DNA of 64,000 nt from a virus (IMGVR_UViG_3300028888_000055), one strand, 5' to 3'; counted from the first letter of the stretch, positions 22,229-33,057 are shown. Numbers and translations are program-made. Notes: a model not told the origin generated them from the sequence alone.

Positions 22229-24678
22229 AAGCATTTACTATAATCACAGTCTAAACATCTTATACATCCTCCTTCTCGAATCAATCTACCTCCGCACTTA
22301 GGACAGGTTTCAGCACTTTCCTCTTTAGGCATATACTTACTTAATATCCTACATATTGCAGAACTAAATGATGTTATATTCTCATTAACTTTCTTTTCAG
22401 TCTTGATAATGAACTTTAATGGAATTCCGTGTCTTAATAATGCACTTACTAACAATGTACAAGTTCTTTGTTCTGCATTAAGAAGACTATCTAAGTCATC
22501 TATGTTAATGAGATCCGAGTGGAAGCTATATAATCCCTTAGCCTTTTTTGTTAATATGCCTTTATGATTATTTATTTTTATCTGTTTTTCTGGTTTGAAA
22601 CAGAAGGCTTCATAAGGTTTATTCTTATATAAGCCTATCATAACATAAAAGATTTCTCCACCTACTTTCACAGAATAGAATTCGGCATCTAACTTCTTAG
22701 GACGTTTAGGCGCACTGATGGAAGACTCAAATCTTTCTTCCTTTTGTTTATCACTGACAGAATTAAGAATACCCTCTCTACATCCATCGCGATATACTGT
22801 AACACCCTTTAAACCATTCTCCCAAGCTTCTTTATAAATTTCAGATATCTCTTCTTCTTTAGTTTCTGTAGGTAGATTTATAGTAGATGATATGCTATGG
22901 GTTATAAAAGTTTGACATGCGGCCTGAGTCATAATTCTATAATGCCAGTCAATGTCATGCGCTGTCGCTCCATAATAGGGACTTTCCTTGTAAATAGCAT
23001 CCCATTTATCAAGGTCCCATTCATCAATGTTTTCTTCTGGATATTTTACTTTAGCCCAACGCTTTAAGCCCTCGTGTACGACCATATATTCAGTAAATTT
23101 AATACCTAATTTATCTACATAGTCTACGCGATCAGTATCAGAAGTACATTTCTTTCTTCTCTTATAGTATGGCATAAATACAGGTTCAATACCTGAAGAT
23201 GTTTGAGTGAGCATTGCTACACTACCAGTTGGCGCAATGGTACTGAAAGATATATTACGTCTTCCAACCTTTAACATCTTTCTGTATATCTCAGGATCGT
23301 ATTGCTTTACAAAGCTTTGGAATAATGGATTCTCTTTATCAAATCCATCATATTCTTCAAATACTCCTCTAGATTCTGCCATATCTACAGATGCTTTAAG
23401 TTCTGCTCTGAAAATAGTTTCCATTACAGCTTTTATAATGGGAATAGATTCTGGAGATCCATATTTAACATTAAGTTGAGCCAACATATCGGCTAGTCCT
23501 AATATTCCTACACCTGCTCTTCTTCCTCTTCTTGAAACATCGAGAATCTTTTCCCACATTTTCTGTTCTTCAGATTCAGATTCACATACATCAATAATCC
23601 TTTTTACTGCTTCCTGCTCTAAGTCTACTAAGTCATCTCCCAATTTCATGGCATAATACCCTAAATGAGCTATAACATTATAGTCTAATTCCGCTTTTTC
23701 AGTATACGGATATTTGACGCATTTGGCAAGGTTAATATGAATCAATCTACAAGAATCCATAGCTCCCATACCAATCTCTCCACAAGGATTAGTGGAAATC
23801 ATACTAAATTCTGGATAATAACGATCTGGTGCTTTTAAGTGCATTGCATCGTCAAATATTATACCAGGCTCGGCTGTATTCCAAGCACAATGAATTAATT
23901 TATTCCATAAATCTCTTGCTTTGATTCGTTTGACGTACTTATGATATCCTACTTCTATAAGTTCGCCGATTTTACTATTGGTCGGAACATATATAGTATC
24001 AAAGTCTAAGTCAAGAGGATATCTTTGATAATATACCTCATCATTCTTGACAGCTCTCATAAAAGCATCGGATACCTTTACAGAAATATTAGCACCTGTA
24101 ACCTTCGTTAAATCTTGCTTCTTTTCTATAAATTCTTCAGCATCAGGATGATCGATAGATATAGTTAACATCAAAGCTCCTCTACGGCCATTCATGGCTA
24201 CTTCATTAGTTAGTGCTGAATTTACATCCATAAAAGATGCTGCACCAGTAGAAGTAGAAGCGGCATTATTTACCATTGCCCCATTAGGTCGCAACTTAGA
24301 CAAGTCATATCCTACGCCTCCGCGTCGTTTCATTAATTGAATCTGATAGTTTCTAATTTTCATTATTGAATTATAACTATCTTCTGGAGATTCAACTACA
24401 AAACAATTGGATAGACTTACAGGTTTTTCTAGACCAGCATTTGCCAACACAGAACCGCCTGGAATAATATATCCGTCCTTAAATAAGTTTTTAATAAAAT
24501 CATTGGCTAATACCCAATGATCTTCTTTATAGTTAGATTCTATTCTTGCAAATTCTTTGGATAATCTTTCATATGTATCATCTGGAGTTTCTTCATTTTC
24601 GGCTTTGTATTTATTCTCCCATACAGAAGCCGCCAACTCATCGCCATTAAAATACTCTAAAATTTTCTTATCCATCAA
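22225..24678 (-). CDS. nrdJ: Class II (adenosylcobalamin-dependent) ribonucleotide reductase
   Basis: SLSNCFV, RRGGVG, GRRGALM, TNPCGEI, TIAPTGS, LKGVTVYRDG and a C-terminal Zn ribbon. No small subunit nearby. Confidence 0.93.
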   Translation of the reverse strand: MMDKKILEYFNGDELAASVWENKYKAENEETPDDTYERLSKEFARIESNYKEDHWVLANDFIKNLFKDGYIIPGGSVLANAGLEKPVSLSNCFVVESPEDSYNSIMKIRNYQIQLMKRRGGVGYDLSKLRPNGAMVNNAASTSTGAASFMDVNSALTNEVAMNGRRGALMLTISIDHPDAEEFIEKKQDLTKVTGANISVKVSDAFMRAVKNDEVYYQRYPLDLDFDTIYVPTNSKIGELIEVGYHKYVKRIKARDLWNKLIHCAWNTAEPGIIFDDAMHLKAPDRYYPEFSMISTNPCGEIGMGAMDSCRLIHINLAKCVKYPYTEKAELDYNVIAHLGYYAMKLGDDLVDLEQEAVKRIIDVCESESEEQKMWEKILDVSRRGRRAGVGILGLADMLAQLNVKYGSPESIPIIKAVMETIFRAELKASVDMAESRGVFEEYDGFDKENPLFQSFVKQYDPEIYRKMLKVGRRNISFSTIAPTGSVAMLTQTSSGIEPVFMPYYKRRKKCTSDTDRVDYVDKLGIKFTEYMVVHEGLKRWAKVKYPEENIDEWDLDKWDAIYKESPYYGATAHDIDWHYRIMTQAACQTFITHSISSTINLPTETKEEEISEIYKEAWENGLKGVTVYRDGCREGILNSVSDKQKEERFESSISAPKRPKKLDAEFYSVKVGGEIFYVMIGLYKNKPYEAFCFKPEKQIKINNHKGILTKKAKGLYSFHSDLINIDDLDSLLNAEQRTCTLLVSALLRHGIPLKFIIKTEKKVNENITSFSSAICRILSKYMPKEESAETCPKCGGRLIREGGCIRCLDCDYSKCL

Positions 24679-24679
24679 A

Positions 24680-25474
24680 TTAGTTTAAAGATTGAATGCC
24701 TAGAATCTTGCCTGCTAATAAAGTCTTTTCTGGTATACTAAATACATCTCTGCCTTTAGTTACCATATTAGTTATTTGCTGAGTCATCGCGTTATATACA
24801 TCATACATATTAACAGTATCCCCTACTTGATAATAGTCAGAATTTTCTTCCAAGAATAAGCTCTTATATGCAGATATAATGTTATCAACGCTTAATTTTA
24901 CTGGTTGGAAGCCATTGTTCCAATTCATAAGGAGGGTATTATCTACCCATTTTCCTAATAATTGTTCTCTTGCTTCTACACTGTTTTCAAATTTCTCTTC
25001 GTGTAGTTTAGTAAGAATAGCATTTGTTTCGTCTTTTAACTCTAAGATATGCTCCAAAGGTTTAAAATCAATAGGAGTTTCTGGTTCCAAAGCTTGAATA
25101 CTTAGATAAGAAGGACTAAAGATACACAAGTTAGTACAAGCAGCATTAAGTGCTCCACTATAGAATTTAACCACTGGCTTTCTTACATCAAGACCCATCA
25201 CCATTCCTATGACTTTGTCATGATTTGCGTACATATCTTCATCAGGCATCACAGCTTCAATATATACTCTATTATAAGTAGTATCATGAGAACTAGTATC
25301 GCCAGTTTCAGTAACAGTTATTTGCTCAGGAGTTTGTACGTGTATTCTAAAATCATCTGTATAATTTGATAATCTATCAAAGAAAGGTCCTACATAATTC
25401 GCAGTCTTGAAATAAGCTTTTTTACCAATAATCGTTGGTTTTCCTTCAAATAATTCTTTTACCTCAATATCCAT
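24680..25474 (-). CDS. DUF932-like phage protein
   Basis: ALNAACTNL..MYDVYNAMTQ. Confidence 0.6.
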   Translation of the reverse strand: MDIEVKELFEGKPTIIGKKAYFKTANYVGPFFDRLSNYTDDFRIHVQTPEQITVTETGDTSSHDTTYNRVYIEAVMPDEDMYANHDKVIGMVMGLDVRKPVVKFYSGALNAACTNLCIFSPSYLSIQALEPETPIDFKPLEHILELKDETNAILTKLHEEKFENSVEAREQLLGKWVDNTLLMNWNNGFQPVKLSVDNIISAYKSLFLEENSDYYQVGDTVNMYDVYNAMTQQITNMVTKGRDVFSIPEKTLLAGKILGIQSLN

Positions 25475-25478
25475 ATTT

Positions 25479-25832
25479 TCATTCTTCTTTTTCTCCCTGC
25501 TCTTCTTGTAATTTAGTGATTTGATCCTGTACCCAAGATTTCCATCTGGTTTCTATAACTTCTTTATAAGTATTCCAAATTTCTCTAACTTGATCATTAT
25601 CATATCTCCACTCTCTTTGCCCTTTTGTAGGTACATAAAAACGAGCAGTAAGTTCTTTTAATACTTTTTCATCTTCTTTTGTGCCGTGTTCAACGATATC
25701 TATAATTTCTGTATCAGGATTATAAGATATATACTCTTTTAATCTTGGATACTCATCATCAATTTTTGCTCTTTCGGACCACCCTATTTTAACTTTATCG
25801 TGGCCATTACTTACTAAATATATCATTATCAT
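25479..25832 (-). CDS. GIY-YIG/T5orf172-like protein
   Basis: IYLV..KVKIGWS..RL..EKVL..REW pattern. Confidence 0.6.
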   Translation of the reverse strand: MIMIYLVSNGHDKVKIGWSERAKIDDEYPRLKEYISYNPDTEIIDIVEHGTKEDEKVLKELTARFYVPTKGQREWRYDNDQVREIWNTYKEVIETRWKSWVQDQITKLQEEQGEKEE

Positions 25833-25918
25833 TTACATTTAAGTGAGTTATCTAGTGATACTAGGTTACTCTCACTATTATTAAATAGTAGAGTGGCAAT
25901 ACGCCACCCTACTAATTA

Positions 25919-26446
25919 TCAGCCTACAAATCTAAAGAATGTATAAGCACCCTTCTGAGTGCCCTTAGAAGGCGTATACGTGCATTCTAAAGCTTTAATA
26001 TTATTTACGTCAATCTTGATTGGCATTATATAAGCATCTTCTTTTGCTCCAAGAGTGTATAAGAGTCTAAGAGCTTTAATTGCATCTTTCTTCTGCTTAT
26101 AATAATTAGAATGTAATTTACCACCTATAACAATAGCATAATGTTTTACATAATGTCTTGCTTTAGCTGGAATATTCTTCATACTATAAGGTCTAGTACG
26201 CTTATTTTCCTTGCCTTGATTTTCGACGATATATAAGCTAATATTTTCTTCATCTTTGCATTTCTTTTCAAGTTGCTCTTCCATAAACTGTTCTAAATCA
26301 GCTCCAGTTGGACGACCTGCCTTCTGCCAAGCTATAGTGCAATTAGCACCAGAGTCGGGAAACATCACCGCCTCACCAGTAGGAAATTGATCTAGAGCAT
26401 CTTTCAAAGAATAAGCTTCAAATCTTTCAACTTTTAATATTGCCAT
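25919..26446 (-). CDS. Conserved crAss-like hypothetical protein
   Basis: NCTIAW..RTRPY..YTPSKGTQKGAY; followed by a hairpin at about 25887-25914. Confidence 0.7.
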   Translation of the reverse strand: MAILKVERFEAYSLKDALDQFPTGEAVMFPDSGANCTIAWQKAGRPTGADLEQFMEEQLEKKCKDEENISLYIVENQGKENKRTRPYSMKNIPAKARHYVKHYAIVIGGKLHSNYYKQKKDAIKALRLLYTLGAKEDAYIMPIKIDVNNIKALECTYTPSKGTQKGAYTFFRFVG

Positions 26447-26464
26447 ATTATTTATTAAAATTAA

Positions 26465-26824
26465 TTAAAATGGAATCCATGTATCTAAAATTCTTTTAAC
26501 TTCTGCAATCATTTCTTTATTAGATTTGAAATCTAATTTAGGTATTTCACCAGTTATGCCTTGCATAAAATCTTCACACATTATTGCTAACCCTCTGATA
26601 GCTGCAACGAAATCATCACAATATGATCCATCTTTAAATACTATCTTGGCTAACACTTCCCAGCATGTGATGTCTGGATTTTTCTCTCTTAATTTTTGTG
26701 TTATATAACATATACTCATTATGAGAGTTATACGATCCTCAAAGGGACCATTAAAATTACACACACCATAATACTTATTATATGTGTCTTTTAATTCTTG
26801 ATAATTAGGTGTCCAAGTCTCCAT
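26465..26824 (-). CDS. Hypothetical protein
   Basis: ORF in operon. Confidence 0.65.
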   Translation of the reverse strand: METWTPNYQELKDTYNKYYGVCNFNGPFEDRITLIMSICYITQKLREKNPDITCWEVLAKIVFKDGSYCDDFVAAIRGLAIMCEDFMQGITGEIPKLDFKSNKEMIAEVKRILDTWIPF

Positions 26825-27824
26825 CTTGTATCTTATTTAATTCTACTTCAGCTGCCATTTTAAGTAGTCTAATAAACTCTTGAAAACCTTCTTTTATTTC
26901 AGAGTCATATACTTCATATATGCCAGAATTACATTCTGAAACTGTACTTACTACTAACATATTAGCTTTGAAGCTATTTATATTTGTCAGATTGTGATAT
27001 TTTGCAACATATTCCTTAAGCATAAAAGCATAAAGGCCCATTTGCCTAGCATAATGATACTCTTTGAAACTATGTTTAAAATACTCTAATGGATGTCCAG
27101 AAGTCTTTAAATCATTTAATACTAAAGAACATTTGTCAGTATCAACAGTAAAATTATCAAGTTTTCCTTTTACTCTAAGTATAACAAATTTTCCTGTTTT
27201 AGTATCAGTGGCCATAAAATCTAGAAACAAAGCAGCTTCATTCATTACTTTAGATCCCTTAGGATATAAGAGATTCATAATATTATAATTTAAATGTAAT
27301 GAACTTGTACACATCATACAGGTCTCATAACTACGTGCATCTAGAAATATATTTTCCACATTAAGATATTTAGTTTCTTCTTCATACCTATCTTTAAAAT
27401 AAGGAATACACTGATCGAGTACATTTTGTATACGAGAATCTGTAAGAGAATTAGAATAATAATCTACTTCAATACAAGCAGCTTTTACATCATTATAAGT
27501 AGGAGATTGTTTATTCTTTTTCCATTTCTTATATAATATATCAGCTACAAATCCAAGTTTTGCACTTGGCCGACTGGTAATATCTGATAATCTAAAATCC
27601 TTAGGCTGTAAAATAACTTCATGTACAGCACTTCCTAAAAGTAAACTATTAGAATAATTAGGTTTAAAACCTGCTAAATATTTCTCTACAGATCCTCCTT
27701 GGTCGGGATTTATCAAGCTTAGTTTAGAATTACTAATACAATTAGAAAACTCTTTAGAAAAATAGCGTTCATCACTCATTTCAAGATACTGAACGCTATT
27801 TGGTATATATTCAATTTTTATCAT
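26805..27824 (-). CDS. PD-(D/E)xK exonuclease (RecE/DUF3799-like)
   Basis: SNSKL, LGSAVHE, KGKLDN..DLKTS, YARQMGLY. Confidence 0.85.
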   Translation of the reverse strand: MIKIEYIPNSVQYLEMSDERYFSKEFSNCISNSKLSLINPDQGGSVEKYLAGFKPNYSNSLLLGSAVHEVILQPKDFRLSDITSRPSAKLGFVADILYKKWKKNKQSPTYNDVKAACIEVDYYSNSLTDSRIQNVLDQCIPYFKDRYEEETKYLNVENIFLDARSYETCMMCTSSLHLNYNIMNLLYPKGSKVMNEAALFLDFMATDTKTGKFVILRVKGKLDNFTVDTDKCSLVLNDLKTSGHPLEYFKHSFKEYHYARQMGLYAFMLKEYVAKYHNLTNINSFKANMLVVSTVSECNSGIYEVYDSEIKEGFQEFIRLLKMAAEVELNKIQDGDLDT

Positions 27825-28357
27825 ACTAAATCTTTAAAGCTATAAAAATGTTTCTCCATAAATTCATCATAAGCCTTGCATATAGTATCATAGTCAAGGG
27901 ATTCAATCCTTCCTACTTCCCCCCAACTTTGATTATTAGGAGTACTGTACAATAAACAAGGTACGCCAGCTAGATTTAACTGAATCATATTATGTATACT
28001 ATCGTCAATAAAGACATCGACTTTTCCTTTTATTCTTTTTGATTTATCTACCCGATGTCCATACATCTGATATACTGGACTATTAGGAAAGCCATTATCC
28101 TTTAGCCACTTTTTAGACCAGGCTTTATTGTTAACTCTAGCAGTACAATATAACACTGGAACAAAATCAATTTTATTCTTTACAGGTAAAGTAATCCAAA
28201 ATTGTCTATTTGTCTTTAGATCCCTGACAACATTCTTTGTTATTCGATGTTCTTTCAGTCTACTTGGATATTTCTTTACATTGTAATATTCACAATAGGA
28301 CTCCCACCAATAACACAGGCAGTCATCAATGTCTAAACCAATCTTTAAATCTCTCAT
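27821..28357 (-). CDS. HAD-superfamily 5'(3')-deoxyribonucleotidase-like protein
   Basis: IGLDIDDCL, TAR, DVFIDDS. Confidence 0.85.
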   Translation of the reverse strand: MRDLKIGLDIDDCLCYWWESYCEYYNVKKYPSRLKEHRITKNVVRDLKTNRQFWITLPVKNKIDFVPVLYCTARVNNKAWSKKWLKDNGFPNSPVYQMYGHRVDKSKRIKGKVDVFIDDSIHNMIQLNLAGVPCLLYSTPNNQSWGEVGRIESLDYDTICKAYDEFMEKHFYSFKDLV

Positions 28358-28581
28358 TCAAATTCATCTAAACTATATATATCCCCAATTACTACATTTG
28401 CTGTGTCTAATAATATACCTCTAAATTCAGAAAAAGTATCTGGATCAATATCTTCATCATCTATATATTTATCCATTAAAATTTTCATATACTTATCTTC
28501 AGCAGCCCTAAGATCTTTAGCTACTACTTTGTATATAATATTATCTACATCAGAGCATATTGGTAATAGATATGTATTCAT
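28354..28581 (-). CDS. Hypothetical protein
   Basis: ORF in operon. Confidence 0.6.
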   Translation of the reverse strand: MNTYLLPICSDVDNIIYKVVAKDLRAAEDKYMKILMDKYIDDEDIDPDTFSEFRGILLDTANVVIGDIYSLDEFE

Positions 28582-28586
28582 ATTAT

Positions 28587-29000
28587 TTATTTTTTACTAA
28601 TCAATTCTAGGAAATAATCCAGAGGAATCATAGCAATAGTTCCTTCACTATTATGTCCAGATGTCCCTGTCTTTTTCCAAATAACACAAAACGGTTTGTC
28701 TTTATCTGTACAAGCATCTCGTATTGCAAAATATCTAGGCGTAGAAATAGTATTTTTTGTTTGTATATTACAGGGCAGTTCACCATTTAAATCCACGACA
28801 TCAATCTTATTAGCGTCAGCCATTTTATTTACGGCACGACTAGATTTGCATCCTGAATACCCTATTTGTTTTAATTTATTTACTATTTCAAGTTCAAATT
28901 TATTTCCTTTACGCCTATTGCGTTTACCTATACTTGATTTCTTGATCTTTTCATCAGATAGCTAATCTTTGTTTTGTGCTTTACAGTTTTTCTTTTGCAT
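28587..29000 (-). CDS. Holliday junction resolvase (Hjc-like PD-(D/E)xK), 137 aa with one in-frame TAG at codon 13
   Basis: ATG at 29000: MQKKNCKAQNKD(TAG)LSDEK..RNRRKGNKFELEIVNKLKQIGY..SSR..D..KIDV..NIQTKNT. The track ORF 28587-28823 lacks the conserved KG.xFE N-terminus. Confidence 0.8.
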
Positions 29001-29979
29001 ACTCAATTAATTCAAGAGTCTTTTCTCTACCAAATTTATTATAATAATCCGAAATATCTTTTGCGCCATATTTTCTAGGAATCCAGAAACATTTCACTCC
29101 AAATTTCTTCCTAAATTTATTCATATTCTGGATACCAGCTAAATCATTATCATAAAATATAACGATGTTCTTAAACCTTTTATGCAAGGCTTCAAACTGT
29201 TTTTCAGTTAGAAATAAATTCTCAGAATTAGGTGCTATTGCAGTAATTCCTAAAGAATATAAACAAGCCACATCTTTTAAGGCTTTGGTTACTACTAAAG
29301 TATCTCCGCTAGAAGGTAACTGCTTTGCTCCTTGGAGCATAGTAGCTCGCCAATTAGATAGGAACTTTGGTTCTTTCTTTCTGTGTTTAGGAAGATATAT
29401 TCTCCATAATTCCATTCCTTTGGAATTCTTTCCTCTATAATAACCATATATAGGATGTGATTTGCTAGAAGTGGTAAAGATATTCCCATTTAAAAATACA
29501 GTATTACAGGAGAATATCCTAAATTTCTTTAGGATATCCTCAGTAACACCGAATTGGTTCCACCATTTGAGTTCTTCTGTAGAAAAGTCTTTTATTTCAA
29601 CTTGTATAACAGCTTCTTGAGTTTCCTCAAATCTGTCTTCGCTTACTTTTATGACTTTTCTTGTTCTAGGCCTATCAGTATGTATGAATCCAAAATCATT
29701 TCCTATGATTTTAAGAGCTTCATGATACGAGCAATTGTATTTAAACATCACAACATTTATAAAATTGCCTCGCATATCCGAGCCAAAATCCTTAAATATG
29801 ATATCGCCTTTTTTATTTTTATAAAAAGAACACGTCGGATTTTTGTCATCCCTTAAAGGAGAAACAAATAATCCTTTCCGTACAGGGACTCCCAGGTAGT
29901 AATTAAGATAAGTCTCTTGAGAATACTTACTTAACAAATATTCTTTAGTAATTGTAGGTTCTAATCTAAATATTGCCAT
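28981..29979 (-). CDS. DNA primase (crAss-type)
   Basis: SPLRDDKNPTCSF..FKDFG; TOPRIM VTKALKDV..YDNDLAG..AKDISD. Confidence 0.9.
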   Translation of the reverse strand: MAIFRLEPTITKEYLLSKYSQETYLNYYLGVPVRKGLFVSPLRDDKNPTCSFYKNKKGDIIFKDFGSDMRGNFINVVMFKYNCSYHEALKIIGNDFGFIHTDRPRTRKVIKVSEDRFEETQEAVIQVEIKDFSTEELKWWNQFGVTEDILKKFRIFSCNTVFLNGNIFTTSSKSHPIYGYYRGKNSKGMELWRIYLPKHRKKEPKFLSNWRATMLQGAKQLPSSGDTLVVTKALKDVACLYSLGITAIAPNSENLFLTEKQFEALHKRFKNIVIFYDNDLAGIQNMNKFRKKFGVKCFWIPRKYGAKDISDYYNKFGREKTLELIEYAKEKL

Positions 29980-30003
29980 AACTATTATTTCCTATTAGAA
30001 CTA

Positions 30004-30018
30004 CAAATTTACTAAATT
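30004..30018 (-). promoter_or_regulatory. Bacteroidetes sigma70-type -7 promoter element (TAnnTTTG) upstream of primase
   Basis: Minus strand AATTTAG-TAAATTTG; near-identical copy at 37683-37697. Confidence 0.6.
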
Positions 30019-30019
30019 A

Positions 30020-30688
30020 TTAAAGATCGTCCAACTCTAAATCATCTGTATCATCAGCCTTAGAATCGTCTTCTAAGTCGTCAGGCATAACAGTTGGTCT
30101 AGTGTTAGCGAGAGCATCTTTTGCTTTAAGTTCGCGAGCTGTAAACTTAAGTTCAGACTCATTTGCACTAATCCAGTTATTGCTAAAGAAAGCTTCGTCT
30201 GTCTTAGTATTAATTTGAACAGAATTTGGTAGAGAAGCATAGCCCTTATTATTGGCAACTACCTTGATATAGAATTCCTTATCGATACTAGAATTAGTAG
30301 CCTTAACAAGAACCTCGACAAGCTTATCAAATTCGGCTGGCAATTCCAAATTTAATTTGCCCTTAATCTTCTCATAGTTTTCTGGTGCCACTACAGATAA
30401 GAAATGGGCTACATTAAAGATAAGTTGCTCCATAGCAGAAGGCATAACCCACTTATAAGTTCCAGTGTCGCCAGACATTCTTTCTTCGCCCTTGGCATCA
30501 GGACAGAAGAACATAGTGTCAAATACTCCAGACTCTCCGTCAAATTTTATCTGAAAAGCTTTCCACTCGCGGCCTTCCTTAGACTTTCCTTCTTTGGCTT
30601 CAATACCTTTGAAGGCAACTTTAGAGATTGTAAAAGGAGCGATTCTTTGGACCGCTGTAGTGTTTGCATTTGAAATATTAAACTTCAT
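30020..30688 (-). CDS. Probable single-stranded DNA-binding protein
   Basis: Beta-rich body, highly acidic tail (DDTDDLELDDL), position in the replication module. Confidence 0.7.
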   Translation of the reverse strand: MKFNISNANTTAVQRIAPFTISKVAFKGIEAKEGKSKEGREWKAFQIKFDGESGVFDTMFFCPDAKGEERMSGDTGTYKWVMPSAMEQLIFNVAHFLSVVAPENYEKIKGKLNLELPAEFDKLVEVLVKATNSSIDKEFYIKVVANNKGYASLPNSVQINTKTDEAFFSNNWISANESELKFTARELKAKDALANTRPTVMPDDLEDDSKADDTDDLELDDL

Positions 30689-30690
30689 AC

Positions 30691-31236
30691 TTAATTAATT
30701 AATGATTCAAAATTTATATCCTTCAGTTCTGTACTCTTATCAAACTCTGCTAACCAGTCGTCTAATTCGTCAGAACTTTCTTTTTCATCTATATCTATTT
30801 CTTCGTCAGCACTTGGAAGTTCTATATGTTCGTCTTCCGCTACTATAGGTTCAGCATCTTTACTGACTAACTTAAAGAAAGTACCATCATAATATTCAAT
30901 AGTAAATTCAGTACCATATTTAGACAATACTTCATTTGCTGTACCTCTATAACTTACTGTTTTACTTTTAGTAAGCTTATTACCAGCATCTTCTGACCTA
31001 CATATTACAGGATACATAAAGCCATCTATTTGAGAATATTCGATATTTAATCTATCTCCATAGGTAGCATTTAATAATTCCATAGCTGCACTATTTAACT
31101 CATATTTGTTATCTCGTAATATTAATAAAGGTTTAGTGCTAGTTTCTATTTCTTCTAATATTTCAGAAGTAGTAGATAATACTTTAAAAGTATTATCCTT
31201 TCCTACTTCTGCAAGAGTTGTTATTTTAATTTTCAT
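30691..31236 (-). CDS. Hypothetical protein with acidic C-terminus
   Basis: Start placed at the ATGA overlap (MKIKITT); GNKLTKSKTVSYRG. Confidence 0.65.
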   Translation of the reverse strand: MKIKITTLAEVGKDNTFKVLSTTSEILEEIETSTKPLLILRDNKYELNSAAMELLNATYGDRLNIEYSQIDGFMYPVICRSEDAGNKLTKSKTVSYRGTANEVLSKYGTEFTIEYYDGTFFKLVSKDAEPIVAEDEHIELPSADEEIDIDEKESSDELDDWLAEFDKSTELKDINFESLIN

Positions 31237-31970
31237 TTCTTCAATGATGGATAAATTCTTTCCCAATGTGAAACAAACGATCCGTCTGGCTGCAACTCAG
31301 CCACTATAATTTTCTTATTAGCTAAATGCTCGGGTCTGGCTCCTGCCGTAGCGTCACCATTTGTTTCAAAATTTATACATAAATTACTGTTTTCGTCTCT
31401 AAATACGAATCCAATTGCATCACTTTTAGCTGCTAATATCCTGCCAGTTTTACCTGTTAAATCCAACTCTTTAATATTACTGTCCTGGGTTTCTCCCATA
31501 GTAACAATAGCCTTGTCTTTAACATGCCCTACCAATATAATATTAGGTGCACACATAGCAAGTTTTTCAATAATTTTCTGCATAGCTTCTCTGAGGAAAC
31601 CATAGCCTGCTCCATGAGGAGCATGAAGGACATCATTATCATTAAAATTCGAACCAAGAGGAGACTCTTTATACATTTTAAGGGCAAGAGGTTTGGCAAA
31701 TTCCTCTAATGCAGTAACTGTATCAATTGTTATAAACTTATAAGGATATGATGCTTCCTTAATAGCCTTACACAACTCATTAAGCTCCTTAATGGTAGTA
31801 ATTTTTACTTTCATAGCTTCCACATAATCAGAACCTTCTTCTAAATCTATAATAAGATTATCTTCCAAAGTAGCTAACAAAGAAGTCTTTCCAATTTTAG
31901 GAACGCCATATAATATTAAATTTTTAGGATCTTGAGTTACTTTAGGCAATTTCTTTAAAGGTAAATCCAT
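31233..31970 (-). CDS. AAA_24 / Sak4-like ATPase (recombination)
   Basis: YGVPKIGKTS, IIDLEEG, IDTVT, GAGY, SDAIG. Confidence 0.85.
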   Translation of the reverse strand: MDLPLKKLPKVTQDPKNLILYGVPKIGKTSLLATLEDNLIIDLEEGSDYVEAMKVKITTIKELNELCKAIKEASYPYKFITIDTVTALEEFAKPLALKMYKESPLGSNFNDNDVLHAPHGAGYGFLREAMQKIIEKLAMCAPNIILVGHVKDKAIVTMGETQDSNIKELDLTGKTGRILAAKSDAIGFVFRDENSNLCINFETNGDATAGARPEHLANKKIIVAELQPDGSFVSHWERIYPSLKK

Positions 31971-31974
31971 TAAT

Positions 31975-33057
31975 TTATAATTTAAAAGTTGCTTTAGGAG
32001 TATCTGTTGTTTTGATAGTATCTTGTTTTAGTGTCCAACTAGGATTTTTATAAATTTCATAGTCCATAATCTCTTCAGGTTTAGGAAGCTCCTTAAACCA
32101 TCCACACTCTCCATAAAATCCGACATGGTCTATTATATCGGAAGTACCAAATCTTGATTTTAAAAGAATACAAGCCAGATAATTATGTCCTATTTCCTTC
32201 ATATTATATCCTTTATAACTAGCTAATTTAAATTTAAGAGGAGAATGTAGTGCTAATACTACTTGTGAATCTTCATACATAGCAGCTGAATCCTTAAAAT
32301 CAGAAGCGTCGGGCTCTTGTTGCCCCTGCCTTAATCTCTCAGAATTGTTCGCATTTCTATTAAACTGCATAATATGAATTGGACTTATTTTATACTTATT
32401 TCTTAAAGAAACAGAATATGAAGATAATAAGTCCATTTCCTCCTTCTTACTTTTACCTGTACTAGCTCTTACAAGAGACATATGATCGATAATAACAGAA
32501 ATTATTTGATTTTCGTTATTAGGTATATAATGCACAGGAGTAAAAGTACCGAATTTTTCTAAGTCTTCTAACACAGTCTTTTTATACTTCTCAGCGTTTA
32601 GAGTACCACTATGAAATATAATCCTTTCATCTAATAGATTCAAGAACGGAGTACAAGACTTAACTAATTCAAGATGTTCATCAGATAATCTGCAATCATG
32701 TCCTCTGGAGAATAACTCCTTATACGTTATTGAAACACCATATTTTTCAAATATATACATAGAAACCAGTTTAGCATAAATTTGTTCTTGAGTCATCTCC
32801 AAATTAAACATGATAAAATATGGATCTCTAAATGTAGATACTCCATTCATATATTCTTTTAACGGTTTATATATAAAGGAGTATAACATAAAAGTACTTT
32901 TACCAACGCCACTTTGTGCGGCTATCAAATAAGATGTGCCTGGAAGCAGCCCGTCCATATATAATTCCATTTTAGGAAGACCAATAGTTAATCCTATATT
33001 ATTTCCATCTCTTCCTTTATCAATCAATTCATAAAAACGTTCTGTTCCTGTCATCAT
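31975..33057 (-). CDS. DnaB-like SF4 replicative helicase
   Basis: AQSGVGKST, FNLEM, IIDH, QFNR, FKDS, LKSRFG. Confidence 0.9.
   Translation of the reverse strand: MMTGTERFYELIDKGRDGNNIGLTIGLPKMELYMDGLLPGTSYLIAAQSGVGKSTFMLYSFIYKPLKEYMNGVSTFRDPYFIMFNLEMTQEQIYAKLVSMYIFEKYGVSITYKELFSRGHDCRLSDEHLELVKSCTPFLNLLDERIIFHSGTLNAEKYKKTVLEDLEKFGTFTPVHYIPNNENQIISVIIDHMSLVRASTGKSKKEEMDLLSSYSVSLRNKYKISPIHIMQFNRNANNSERLRQGQQEPDASDFKDSAAMYEDSQVVLALHSPLKFKLASYKGYNMKEIGHNYLACILLKSRFGTSDIIDHVGFYGECGWFKELPKPEEIMDYEIYKNPSWTLKQDTIKTTDTPKATFKL

Noticed and set aside
28587-28823. 78-aa standalone ORF
   Set aside because: It is the C-terminal part of the resolvase starting at 29000.
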